Source of the DNA: a virus
Length of the DNA: 64,000 nucleotides
Direction: 5' to 3' (one strand)
IMG/VR virus record: IMGVR_UViG_3300031997_000620
Coordinates: 19,234 to 83,233 of that record
In this document: piece after piece, positions 1-9,124 of the stretch
Layout: each line of letters begins with the position of its first letter
Numbering within the stretch: position 1 is the first letter of the stretch
The notes under the pieces: generated by a model
Seen by the model: only the letters and a program-made list of their open reading frames with translations
What the model was told of the DNA's origin: nothing
The model's database searches: none
Translations under genes and position numbers: made by a program

Positions 1-2
1 TG

Positions 3-359
3 AAAGAGTTTCATGATAAGTACAATGTTGGTAAGGTGTGGCAGTATCCAACTTTTCTTCCCGAGGGTCAAGCCCTGAATAGGGTACGCTTAATGAATGA
101 AGAGCTGGCTGAAACGGTGAAGGCAATGGCAACTAAGAACATGGTCAACTTAGCCAAAGAACTAGCTGACCTTTTGTATGTGGTGTACGGAACTGCGGAT
201 GCATACGGCATTCCGATTGACGACGTGTTTAATGCGGTTCACATTTCAAACATGACAAAATCTAACGAAAAAGATGAAAGTGGAAAGGTCCAAAAAGGCG
301 ATAATTATACTGAGCCCAATATAGAGGAGGTGCTAAATGTTTATCGAAATCAACGGTAA
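3..359 (+). CDS. MazG-like / dimeric dUTPase-like NTP pyrophosphohydrolase (5' end probably at or before the window edge)
   Basis: Frame is open from base 3 (KEFHDKY...); motifs RVRLMNEELAE, KELADLLYVVYG, VHISNMTK, GKVQKGDNY typical of the phage PRA-PH/MazG-like family. Confidence 0.85.
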   Translation, partial: KEFHDKYNVGKVWQYPTFLPEGQALNRVRLMNEELAETVKAMATKNMVNLAKELADLLYVVYGTADAYGIPIDDVFNAVHISNMTKSNEKDESGKVQKGDNYTEPNIEEVLNVYRNQR

Positions 360-765
360 AGAAATTGAACTAAAGATCCAAGAGGATGTAGCAATTCCGG
401 ACGACGCTGTATCTCTTCAAAGAGAGGCTTGTAGAACCCCTGGCCTACTCGCCACCTACGGAGAGATGCTTGCCGAGCTAAAGGCGAATAATGAAAGAGC
501 TAAGTTTGCTATGGAAGAAATTTCTTCCTATGTGGCGGATGGTATCCGAAGCACGTCTACAGAGAAACTGACAGTTGACAGGCTGAAGGAACTGGTTACT
601 CTTGATAACCGCGTCAAGGATGCAAAGCTACTTTTTATTGCATCCTTGCGAAACATGCACGCAGTAGACAATACGCTTCGTGCCCTTCACAAGAAGGTGG
701 ACATCATTACGACACTATTGTATCAGCACCGACAGGAAATGAAGAGTTATGGAAATACGATCTAA
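337..765 (+). CDS. UvsY-like recombination mediator protein
   Basis: 142 aa all-helical coiled coil (KLTVDRLKELV...ALHKKVDII), next to gp32-like SSB and RecA as in T4-like modules. Confidence 0.55.
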   Translation: MFIEINGKEIELKIQEDVAIPDDAVSLQREACRTPGLLATYGEMLAELKANNERAKFAMEEISSYVADGIRSTSTEKLTVDRLKELVTLDNRVKDAKLLFIASLRNMHAVDNTLRALHKKVDIITTLLYQHRQEMKSYGNTI

Positions 766-779
766 CGAAAGGAGATCAA

Positions 780-1106
780 ATGACAACTAAACCTAAGACA
801 CTTGAACAACTTGACGAGGAAGTTGCCACTCTAGAGAACAATATAGACCGAGAGATTGACACCCTTCATCGGATCATTGACGAAGCTAATGATCTAGTAT
901 CCGATGTTTTTAATATGGAAGACGAGCTTTTCAACATTCGGGACGAGTTGGAAGAACTACAAGCTATAAAGGCTAAAGTAACCCAACGACTTGCTAAAAA
1001 GCCCTCAAAAGGTGATAATATGAAAGCCCCCAAGAAAAAGGTGGCTCCGAAAAAGAAGAAGGCAATTCCGAAGAAGAAGACACCCAAGAAAAGGAGCAAG
1101 AAATAA
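780..1106 (+). CDS. Acidic coiled-coil protein with Lys/Pro-rich histone-like C-terminal tail
   Basis: RBS AAGGAG; acidic heptad N-terminus, then MKAPKKKVAPKKKKAIPKKKTPKKRSKK. Confidence 0.6.
   Translation: MTTKPKTLEQLDEEVATLENNIDREIDTLHRIIDEANDLVSDVFNMEDELFNIRDELEELQAIKAKVTQRLAKKPSKGDNMKAPKKKVAPKKKKAIPKKKTPKKRSKK
991..1019 (+). promoter_or_regulatory. Sigma70-like promoter TTGCTA-N17-GATAAT, internal to 780..1106, upstream of the SSB gene
   Basis: Exact 17-nt spacer ending AAAGGT; same architecture as promoters at 11735, 38240 and 55888. Confidence 0.6.
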
Positions 1107-1918
1107 TGGCATTCGAACATGGTAAGGTAAATCGAGACAGAGTAGCAGCAGAGAATCCGACTGAAGGTTCGGTAGAGTTCCGGCCTAAGGTGGGTACGTC
1201 ACAGGTTCGTATCCTACCCCCGCACCCTACTTCCAATGTGTGGTTCCACAAGAGCAACGAGCATTGGGTAGACGGACATGGGTATGTCCCTTGTGGCCGT
1301 GGGTTTGGGCGTCCGTGCCCTATCTGTGAAGAAGGGGAGGCTCTCTATAGTAGCCAGATCGAAGAGAATGTTAAGATGGCAATCAGCCTACGTCCTCGTG
1401 AACAGTATTACTACAACGTCATTGTATTCACTAGCGCAGACGGCAAGGTATCTCCCAAGGATGGGGTGCGCATCATGCGCACTGGAGTTAAGATCTTCAA
1501 GAACCTACGAAACTTGGACAATGACGAGGCAGGGGGTTGGGGCGACATGACCAACCCGGATACGGGATTTAACGTATCCATCGCCCGTGCTGGTAATGCC
1601 CGCGAGAATACGGAGTATTCAGTTACTCCTGTTCCGAATCGCCAGAATAAGAGCCTTGAAGTTCAACTTGCTGCACACGGAGTAGACCTGAATACGCTGG
1701 AGCTACTAAATCTTTCAGACTACGCTCAAATGCTGGCTCTAGAGTATGATGACCTGAAGACTAGGTTTGAGAATAAGCAGGTTGCCCCTGGATTCCCCGG
1801 TGGTCCCCGCCTCTCTCACCCGCATGTAGTAGGCACGTTGCCGGACATGCCGAAAGGGCTTTTTGACCATCTAAAGAATGCCGGAGAGGTTGTACCTCCG
1901 CCGTTTATCGAGGAGTAA
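1106..1918 (+). CDS. T4 gp32-like single-stranded DNA-binding protein
   Basis: VRILPP, H..., C-x7-CPIC Zn motif, YYYNVIV, D.TNPDTGFNVSI.R.G....TEYSV. Confidence 0.85.
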   Translation: MAFEHGKVNRDRVAAENPTEGSVEFRPKVGTSQVRILPPHPTSNVWFHKSNEHWVDGHGYVPCGRGFGRPCPICEEGEALYSSQIEENVKMAISLRPREQYYYNVIVFTSADGKVSPKDGVRIMRTGVKIFKNLRNLDNDEAGGWGDMTNPDTGFNVSIARAGNARENTEYSVTPVPNRQNKSLEVQLAAHGVDLNTLELLNLSDYAQMLALEYDDLKTRFENKQVAPGFPGGPRLSHPHVVGTLPDMPKGLFDHLKNAGEVVPPPFIEE

Positions 1919-1921
1919 ATA

Positions 1922-2263
1922 ATGAAATATACAATCATTATATTGTTTGCATTGCTAACTAATGGGGCACACGCGGCGTGCCCTCCGCAGCCAGCCGAAA
2001 TCGTAGCCACCAACAACGAAATTTCCGTCTGCTCGGAAGAGCCTCTTACGGGAATAGACCTCAAAGTGGGGACGACGGCACTTCCCCGGATCGCACTTGC
2101 TGTACCCTCTGGTACACCCGTGCGCGTAATCGGACTCAACTCGTGTTCGGGAATGCTATCAGTTGCGGGAGTTAACGAAGCCGGAGTGGGACAGTGGGGT
2201 CTGCCGGTGAAGACGACCTTTCTTCCCTGCACAAATACCCGGGTCGGCGGACCCTTGCCCTAG
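1922..2263 (+). CDS. Hypothetical exported protein
   Basis: Signal peptide MKYTIIILFALLTNGAHA; four Cys; RBS GAGGAG. Confidence 0.55.
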   Translation: MKYTIIILFALLTNGAHAACPPQPAEIVATNNEISVCSEEPLTGIDLKVGTTALPRIALAVPSGTPVRVIGLNSCSGMLSVAGVNEAGVGQWGLPVKTTFLPCTNTRVGGPLP

Positions 2264-2331
2264 TCCATCGAGTTTTTTAAGTGGATTAGTTTCATTAACA
2301 ACATTATTCGAATTAAAAAGGAGAACTAACA

Positions 2332-2658
2332 ATGGCACGAAGAACGCTTGCACTTACCGATCAGGACAAGGCTGAAATGTTGAGACTATATGTCTCGGAT
2401 AGGAAGGGTATCGTAGAAATTGGTAAGAAGTATGATATTAGCCCTTCTACAGTATCACGTTTCCTCAAGGTGCAGGGAGGAACTTTGCGTCCCCGAGGTA
2501 CACGAAGTATCTCTAAAACGGAAGTTCTAGTTAATCCTCTAGAGTCACACGAGCCTGAAGCACATCGGACGGAGTGCTTCCCGAAGGTTAGTGAGGAAGA
2601 AGTTGTGACTTTTAATACAGAGGAAGACTCGACTCCCTATAATTACCCGCGTCTCTAG
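2332..2658 (+). CDS. Helix-turn-helix DNA-binding protein
   Basis: GIVEIGKKYDISPSTVSRFLK HTH; RBS AAGGAG. Confidence 0.7.
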   Translation: MARRTLALTDQDKAEMLRLYVSDRKGIVEIGKKYDISPSTVSRFLKVQGGTLRPRGTRSISKTEVLVNPLESHEPEAHRTECFPKVSEEEVVTFNTEEDSTPYNYPRL

Positions 2659-2730
2659 AAGTTACGCTCAAGTGTTCTCCCGTGCTTGAGGGCAGAGACA
2701 GTTAACGGGAGCCTTTACCTTAGGAGTATC

Positions 2731-3810
2731 ATGGGATTTTTCAATGAATTAGGTACGAAGATCAAAGACGACGGCATGCTGACCTTTATCGACTCCTCTC
2801 AGACATTCGCAGGCTCCACAATCCCTTACGGAGTAAGAACAGGGGTGCCTATGCTAGATCTAGCCTTGGGCCGTCCTGGCTGGGCCGCAGGCAGAGTAGT
2901 AGAGCTATATGGGTTTGAGGGTTGTGGCAAGACTACGTTGGGGCTACATGCTATCGCCCAAGTACAGCGCATGGGAGGCATGGGCATATTCATTGACTCC
3001 GAGCTAACCTTCGATCCTTACAGAGCCAACCAAATTGGTGTCTCACAAAAATACGGTGAAGACTTTGCACGCATTGAAGCGCGCAGCGTGGAGGCAGGGT
3101 TTAGAGCAATCCAAGGAATTACGAATGCAATCAAGGAGTCAGGTGAAACTCGGCCTATGGTTGTCCTTTACGATTCAGTTACGGGGTCTAACCTAGAGTA
3201 CAACATTACCCGACTTGCTGATAAGAAGAGCGGCTACGCATTTGGGGCAGCCGAACGCATTGGGCAGGAGGCTAAGTCAATTCGAACTGGCATGCGCACC
3301 ATAGCCGCAGACATTTCGGCTACCAAGATTGTCCTGATCTTCATTAACCATGCAGTCGCTACAATCGCGGGAACTTACGCTAAAGCTTCGCAAGCGGCAG
3401 GCGGTCACGCTATCAAACTGTTTGCCAGCACCCGTTGCGAACTCAAAAAGTCTACTAAGATCAAGGACTCCGATAAAAATCTTCTTGGTGCGGAGACGAA
3501 CATCTTCATCGAGAAGAGCAAGGTAGGAGGAGTATCAATCGAAAACGTCAAGGTAGAGCTAATGAATACCTATGGCTTCGATACGGTTGGCAACCTCCTA
3601 GAAGCGGCCAAGGAATCCGGTATGGTGGAATGGCCCGCTAAGGCAAAGACAGGAACGCTTAAGTTCATAGATCCGGGCCGTGTAGTCAGTAAAGCTGATT
3701 GGGGCCAATTTGTCGAAGAGTCTGGGGGGGTTGACGAAGTGTACAGTCAATTCTACAGGTGGTGCTTTCAAAATGGCTTAATGCGACCTTATGGAGAAGT
3801 TAGTGGGTAA
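2731..3810 (+). CDS. recA: RecA/UvsX-like recombinase
   Basis: TGVPMLDLALG, GRVVELYGFEGCGKTT (Walker A), FIDSE, YDSV (Walker B), IFINH, GGHAIKLFAS.R; start moved to ATG 2731 with AGGAG RBS. Confidence 0.95.
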   Translation: MGFFNELGTKIKDDGMLTFIDSSQTFAGSTIPYGVRTGVPMLDLALGRPGWAAGRVVELYGFEGCGKTTLGLHAIAQVQRMGGMGIFIDSELTFDPYRANQIGVSQKYGEDFARIEARSVEAGFRAIQGITNAIKESGETRPMVVLYDSVTGSNLEYNITRLADKKSGYAFGAAERIGQEAKSIRTGMRTIAADISATKIVLIFINHAVATIAGTYAKASQAAGGHAIKLFASTRCELKKSTKIKDSDKNLLGAETNIFIEKSKVGGVSIENVKVELMNTYGFDTVGNLLEAAKESGMVEWPAKAKTGTLKFIDPGRVVSKADWGQFVEESGGVDEVYSQFYRWCFQNGLMRPYGEVSG

Positions 3811-4903
3811 GTTTGCTGTCTATAGTGATCTGCATATTCACCCTTGGGAATACGGTGCGACAGAAGATACCTATGGGAGCAATACCAGACTACGAGAACA
3901 GTATTTCTTTCTGTACCAATTAGGTAAATACTGCAAAGAAAACAACATCATGGAGCTTTTCTTTTGTGGAGATTTTTTTCATACCCACGGGAGAGTTGCT
4001 ACAAACGCACTGTTTCTAGGCACACAAGGTCTTCGTTATATCGCCGCCCAAGGAGTAAGTCAGTGGCTTATAGTAGGGAATCATGATATTTCGAAAAACT
4101 TTAAGGACACGTTTCCATTAGAGCCTAATTCACTAGAGCAGTTTTCTGTCTTTAGTAAGGTTGTATCTTCTCCTGTCATCGGCAAACACTTAACCCACCC
4201 TAATATCCTTGTTTCGATGATCCCTTTTACCGAAAGTGCTTCATTGCTCGCAACTAACTTGGAGAGGGTTAGAAGGGTGTCTGATAAACATCCTCATTAT
4301 TTGTTCCTTCATCAAGGCGTAGCAAAGGCCCCTATGGGGTCGGGGTACTTGATTGACGAAATCCTAACGCCTGCAATGATTCCTGATAACGTAACTAGGG
4401 CGTTCACCGGGCATTATCACACCCACCAAGACCTGGGAAAGCTTGTGATCGTTGGCCCCCCCATGCAGCATACTTGGGCGGATACCAAAGAAGAAGGTGG
4501 CATCTTGGTTGTAGATACGGAGACAGGCGAATTTACTCGGCAACAAATCCATGACAATCCTAAGTTTGTAAACGTAGAGGCGGGGTTCCTAAGGGCTCTT
4601 TCTAATCTAGCAGAATCCGATGATCTTCGCGATATCGTGTATGAAAACTTCATTCGAGTCAATAACGTGTTCGATATGTCAGTGGAAAAAGCCGAAGCCC
4701 TTAAAGGGAGTCTGCTCGATCTCGGCGCTCATTCTGTTGAACTGAAGTTCATGGAGAAGAACAGTAATCCCCTTGACAAAGAAAGCTCCAAATTTCTTAG
4801 TATGGAAGAGCTACTAGGAGAATTCGAAAAAGGTTTAACAGATCGGCAGCGACAAATTGGAGAAGAGTTGAGGAAGGGGTCATATGAAGTTCCTAAGTCT
4901 TAG
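3791..4903 (+). CDS. sbcD: SbcD/Mre11 (T4 gp47-like) nuclease subunit
   Basis: SDLHIH, GDFFH, GNHD, HQG, GHYH metallophosphoesterase motifs; overlaps the SbcC-like gene. Confidence 0.9.
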   Translation: MEKLVGKFAVYSDLHIHPWEYGATEDTYGSNTRLREQYFFLYQLGKYCKENNIMELFFCGDFFHTHGRVATNALFLGTQGLRYIAAQGVSQWLIVGNHDISKNFKDTFPLEPNSLEQFSVFSKVVSSPVIGKHLTHPNILVSMIPFTESASLLATNLERVRRVSDKHPHYLFLHQGVAKAPMGSGYLIDEILTPAMIPDNVTRAFTGHYHTHQDLGKLVIVGPPMQHTWADTKEEGGILVVDTETGEFTRQQIHDNPKFVNVEAGFLRALSNLAESDDLRDIVYENFIRVNNVFDMSVEKAEALKGSLLDLGAHSVELKFMEKNSNPLDKESSKFLSMEELLGEFEKGLTDRQRQIGEELRKGSYEVPKS

Positions 4904-6713
4904 CGGAATTGGGCTATTCTCGTTTGCCTCATTCGCTGTCGATCTAAACAATAAGGGCCTTGTCCTAGTTACAGGACGATCCCTCGATGAAGGGTCTAGT
5001 AATGGTTCAGGTAAGAGTAGTCTCATTAACAAAAGTTTACTCTGGGCGCTATTCGGCCAAACTGCGGAGGGGCTGAAGTCAGATGAAGTTCTTAACCGCC
5101 ACCTAGGGGATACAGATGGCAGGGCTACCCTGGTATTTAGGATTGGCAAAGCCACATATAGGATTGAAAGAACTCGTACTAGAAAAGGAGTAACTAAACT
5201 AGACTTTTTTCAAAATGGGAAAAGCATATCCACCCGTGACGTGCGCTCGACCCAAGAGATGATTAACCGCACCATCGGTAGAGATATCAATTCATTTATC
5301 CAGACAGATTTCTTTGGACAAGGGAACAGTTTTCCTTTTATGAAGCTGTCACCGTCAGGGCAAAAGGAGGTGTTGGAACGAATTCTTCCTTTTGAACATT
5401 TGAACGAATGGTTAGCGAATACTAAGCTCGCGAAGCGAGAAGTCGCCACGGTGAAGTTGGCTGCGGAGATAGAAGTAAATAAGGCCCTGGCGGCTCAGGA
5501 CGCGCTTCAGGCGCAGCGTTCTAGCATCGAAAGGCAGCACACTGCATGGGAGTTTCAGAAGGCCAACACGACAAAGAAGCTAACTAACGAAGTGAACATT
5601 TTAAGGCTAGCTCCGGAAAAAGCCGAAATTGAAACCATCAAAAAGCAGCTTACTAGGGTAACTGCTGGATGGGACATAAGTTCTTTTGACATGCGGATTA
5701 TGAATACGATCCAAGAGAACGCTAAGTTAACTACAAAGATTGCATCTTACAAGGCAGAATCTCATATTGCTAATACGGAGCTTTATACTCTTCGGACCAT
5801 GCTCGACGATTCAACCTGCCCCACTTGCAAGCAGGCAGTCATTATTCCAGAAGCAGAGAAGTCACACAATCAAGCTAGAATGGCGAGGTTGCTTTTTGAG
5901 AAAGAGTCATTGACAAATAGCATTGACGTTTGCATCACCATAATGGGCATCAACACTGCAAACATCAATGAATGGAAAACAGTCAAAGCCACCTATGATA
6001 AAATGGTTTCACGACTTGTAGAATTGGGGGAGGAAGAGAGTACAAGCAAGATTAAACAAATTGAAGAACAATTATGTGGAGTTGTAGCCTCAACAAATCC
6101 CTATGTTCAAACCCTTGTAGATATTGATAGTACGATTGCAGCACACAAGTTCGCAGTCTTAGCGTTTCAAGCAAAAGTGGCGATAATTATAGAGGAGGAG
6201 GAATCCGTTCTTCTGTGGGAGAAAGCATACTCCAAAGACCTAAGACTGCTCCTTTACGATAGGGTGTGTCCTTTCCTGGCTGAAAGGGCTAACCATCACC
6301 TACAAGCCTTGAACAATGCACAGATTACGGTAAACTTTTCAACTACGGCGCAGCTAAAAGACTCCTCGACCAAAGAAGAGTTTTCTGCGACAGCCTTATC
6401 TTCTACGGGTGGAGGATCTTATTCTCTACTCTCGGGAGGAGAGCAGCAGATGGTAGACTTTTCTGTAGGGCTCGCCCTAGCGGATCTAGCTGCTACCCAA
6501 GTAAAGTCTCGAAGCAACTTGCTAATCTTGGACGAACCCTTCGTGGGGCTTGATGATAGAAATAGTGAATCAGTTATCTCATACTTGAAAGAAGAACTAG
6601 CAAAGATTAAGAGTACGATTTTTTTAGTGAGCAATGAAGAAACCTTAAAAGGACTTATTCCAAATAGAGTCTACGTGGAGAAAACAAATGGCATCTCGCA
6701 AGTTGTCGCCTAG
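4884..6713 (+). CDS. sbcC: SbcC/Rad50 (T4 gp46-like) ABC ATPase
   Basis: NGSGKSS Walker A, coiled coils with CPTC zinc hook, LSGGEQQ signature, LILDEPF Walker B. Confidence 0.93.
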   Translation: MKFLSLSGIGLFSFASFAVDLNNKGLVLVTGRSLDEGSSNGSGKSSLINKSLLWALFGQTAEGLKSDEVLNRHLGDTDGRATLVFRIGKATYRIERTRTRKGVTKLDFFQNGKSISTRDVRSTQEMINRTIGRDINSFIQTDFFGQGNSFPFMKLSPSGQKEVLERILPFEHLNEWLANTKLAKREVATVKLAAEIEVNKALAAQDALQAQRSSIERQHTAWEFQKANTTKKLTNEVNILRLAPEKAEIETIKKQLTRVTAGWDISSFDMRIMNTIQENAKLTTKIASYKAESHIANTELYTLRTMLDDSTCPTCKQAVIIPEAEKSHNQARMARLLFEKESLTNSIDVCITIMGINTANINEWKTVKATYDKMVSRLVELGEEESTSKIKQIEEQLCGVVASTNPYVQTLVDIDSTIAAHKFAVLAFQAKVAIIIEEEESVLLWEKAYSKDLRLLLYDRVCPFLAERANHHLQALNNAQITVNFSTTAQLKDSSTKEEFSATALSSTGGGSYSLLSGGEQQMVDFSVGLALADLAATQVKSRSNLLILDEPFVGLDDRNSESVISYLKEELAKIKSTIFLVSNEETLKGLIPNRVYVEKTNGISQVVA

Positions 6714-7338
6714 AAAGACTGGACTTACAGAGGATGAACAAAGATTATGTGCTCTCCACGACTATTCAGTCGATGTGAACACGAGAAGGATCTATCTGAC
6801 TGATGAAATTGAGGGGTATGCTTGTAGTGAGTTCGTCAAGGATCTTCACTATCTTGAATCTAAGGATTCGAAGAAGCCTGTTACGATCTTCGTCAATAGC
6901 CCTGGAGGCAGCGTTGACCAGATGTTTTTCGTCTACGATGCGATGAAATCGTGTCGATGCCCGGTAGTTACTGTTGGCACCGGGGGTATCTACTCAGCCG
7001 CAGGGCTAATCCTTGTCTCTGGGGATCTTCGCATCGCTACTCCCAACTCATTCTTCATGGCGCACCAAATGCAAAACCTTATTGTTGGTGCCGATAATGA
7101 AATTGAGGCACAAGTGGCTATTGGAAAAAAGTTTAGAAATAAGTTTTGGGAGATCATGAGCAAGCATACTAAGATCACCGCGGCTGTATGGGCAAAGCAA
7201 GCAGTTAACAAAGGCGAGATTTGGTATGATGCCGAGGAAATGAAAGAGCATGGGATTGTAGATCACATCCTACAAGTATCTGAAACTGTTGAGCAAGCTA
7301 TCGAACAGTTTGAGTTTTCTGAAAAACGGATTAGTTAG
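6688..7338 (+). CDS. clpP: ClpP-family protease proteolytic subunit
   Basis: RRIYL, IFVNSPGGSV, G.IYSAAG (Ser), FMAHQ (His), EIWYDAEEMKEHGIVDHI. Confidence 0.9.
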   Translation: MASRKLSPRKTGLTEDEQRLCALHDYSVDVNTRRIYLTDEIEGYACSEFVKDLHYLESKDSKKPVTIFVNSPGGSVDQMFFVYDAMKSCRCPVVTVGTGGIYSAAGLILVSGDLRIATPNSFFMAHQMQNLIVGADNEIEAQVAIGKKFRNKFWEIMSKHTKITAAVWAKQAVNKGEIWYDAEEMKEHGIVDHILQVSETVEQAIEQFEFSEKRIS

Positions 7339-7706
7339 TGCCTATCAAACCCCAGTCCGCTAAGAGTAAGGGTCGCATCCTGCAACAGCGAATTGCTGCC
7401 ATGCTCACCGAAATCTTTGATCTAGAAGAAGGAGATCTTGTTAGCAGACCGATGGGCTCAGGGGGTGCCGATCTTATGGCGAGTCCCGCAGCTCGAAAGA
7501 AGTTTCCCGCTACTGTGGAATGCAAAAATACCAAGAAGGTTCCTGCGATGGACGAGATTAGACAGGCGAGCTACAATGCCTTTAAGGACACTCTACCTCT
7601 CGTTGCATGGAAGCCTCCGCGTGTACTCTATGATGATACCCTAGTAGTAATGAGGCTCAAAGACTTTGCCGAATGGTGGAAGAAGAACGGGCATAACAAT
7701 GGCTAA
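7338..7706 (+). CDS. PD-(D/E)xK Holliday junction resolvase-like nuclease
   Basis: SAKSKGR, SRPMGSGGADL, VECKN motifs. Confidence 0.8.
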   Translation: MPIKPQSAKSKGRILQQRIAAMLTEIFDLEEGDLVSRPMGSGGADLMASPAARKKFPATVECKNTKKVPAMDEIRQASYNAFKDTLPLVAWKPPRVLYDDTLVVMRLKDFAEWWKKNGHNNG

Positions 7707-8550
7707 GAAAGTAACAGTACAAGCACCTACTGGCAAGGCAGCCTTATGGCTCATTCTTCCCGACATTCACTTCCCCGACCATGAGCAGCAAGCTCTAGAG
7801 ATTGTAAAGAAGGTAGCTAGCACTCTTAAGCCTACGAACACTCTACTACTAGGGGATGTACTAGATTGTGGAATCTTCTCCAAGCACGATATGAAGGCAG
7901 TTAGAGAGCTAGCAGACTATGACTATCAAAAGCTAGAGGTTGATCCTTGTAATCAATTCCTAGACTTCATCCAAGACCATACAACTGGGATGACTCACTT
8001 CTTGGAAGGGAACCATGAACAGCGAATTGAGAGGTGGGCCGTAGACGCCGGGAGAGTGGGGCAAGAGATTTACAAGCTTATCGCCCCTAAAGAAACAGTG
8101 GGGAAAAGAAATGGTGTTTATCGCAAAAAGTTTAACATGGTTCCATACGACGTTGCGACTGGAAATCGAATGGGTTTCGTACAGATCGTTCAAGATCACC
8201 CTAAAATGGATACGGGAGGTTTGGTAGCAGTTCACGGTTGGTCATGGGCTAAGAACGCTGCCCGTGTTCACCTTGAGAAGAGCAGAAGCCAATCCATTGT
8301 ATACGGGCACACGCATCGGGCGCAAATGGAAGCAAGTAGAGATCCCTGGACAGGAAAGACTATCATAGCCTTCAATCCTGGCACCCTCTCGAAACTTCAA
8401 CCTCTATACCAAACTGGAGGAAACCCGAGCGAATGGTCACATGGCTTCGCTTTGATCTATGTGGGCGCTACGAGCTGGACGCAGTATATTATCCCGATCA
8501 ACAAGAAAGGATCTTGTGTGCTGCCGGATGGCAGGGAGGTAAGAGCATAA
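7699..8550 (+). CDS. Calcineurin-like metallophosphoesterase
   Basis: PDIHFP, LGDVLD, EGNHEQR, VHG, GHTHR, W.HGF; ATG 7699 chosen as start. Confidence 0.88.
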   Translation: MAKKVTVQAPTGKAALWLILPDIHFPDHEQQALEIVKKVASTLKPTNTLLLGDVLDCGIFSKHDMKAVRELADYDYQKLEVDPCNQFLDFIQDHTTGMTHFLEGNHEQRIERWAVDAGRVGQEIYKLIAPKETVGKRNGVYRKKFNMVPYDVATGNRMGFVQIVQDHPKMDTGGLVAVHGWSWAKNAARVHLEKSRSQSIVYGHTHRAQMEASRDPWTGKTIIAFNPGTLSKLQPLYQTGGNPSEWSHGFALIYVGATSWTQYIIPINKKGSCVLPDGREVRA

Positions 8551-8840
8551 TGTCCTTAACAAGATCAGAAGCCATCTCCTTTCTTCGAAAATATCGTAAA
8601 GCAGTTCGGATCAACATTGACCACAACAGTAGTTTGAGTGACCTTTTTTCTAAGATTTTAGTTCATCCTGACATGTATGACGAGCTAACTTTTGGTCTAG
8701 AAATACCGCGAAGGCATGTTGTTCTATTTGAAGGAACACCTTTACAGTCGTGTGCGGATCTACCCTATGGCTCTATCTTCTATGTCCCAAAGTTTATGAC
8801 GGTAGAGATTTCCGTTGTAGCCCCCGAAAAGATAAACTAA
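8550..8840 (+). CDS. Hypothetical protein
   Basis: ATG at 8550 overlaps upstream stop (TAATG) with GGAGG RBS. Confidence 0.55.
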   Translation: MSLTRSEAISFLRKYRKAVRINIDHNSSLSDLFSKILVHPDMYDELTFGLEIPRRHVVLFEGTPLQSCADLPYGSIFYVPKFMTVEISVVAPEKIN

Positions 8841-9124
8841 TGCCGGACTCTGATTGGTGGGATTTAGAATATGATACGATGAATCCTTTCACATTTCCTG
8901 ATTTACATGATGAAATGAGGTACGATCCAAAACTACACGAAATAAAGCCAGTAATAGTTTATTGCTGTGCTTGTTGGAAGGTAATCGATAAATTAGAAAC
9001 TCACGTCCTTAAGACGCTCTATTTTGGGTGGCACATGACCAAAGAATGTTTAATAGATCTAGAGAATTGGGTTGCAGATGAACGTCAAAGGAGAGAAGAC
9101 AAGATATGGAACGTGAAGAAGTAA
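8840..9124 (+). CDS. Hypothetical protein (CxxC ... H...C possible Zn finger)
   Basis: TAATG coupling at 8840; CCACW and WHMTKEC motifs. Confidence 0.5.
   Translation: MPDSDWWDLEYDTMNPFTFPDLHDEMRYDPKLHEIKPVIVYCCACWKVIDKLETHVLKTLYFGWHMTKECLIDLENWVADERQRREDKIWNVKK

Noticed and set aside
292-310. AAAGGCGATAAT promoter-like match
   Set aside because: No -35 at 17 nt and explained by coding for KGDNY
1165-1226. tRNA-like string (TCGGTAGAG...CAGGTTCGTATCCTACCCCCGCACC)
   Set aside because: No matching 5' acceptor strand or anticodon stem; lies in frame in the conserved VRILPP motif of the SSB gene
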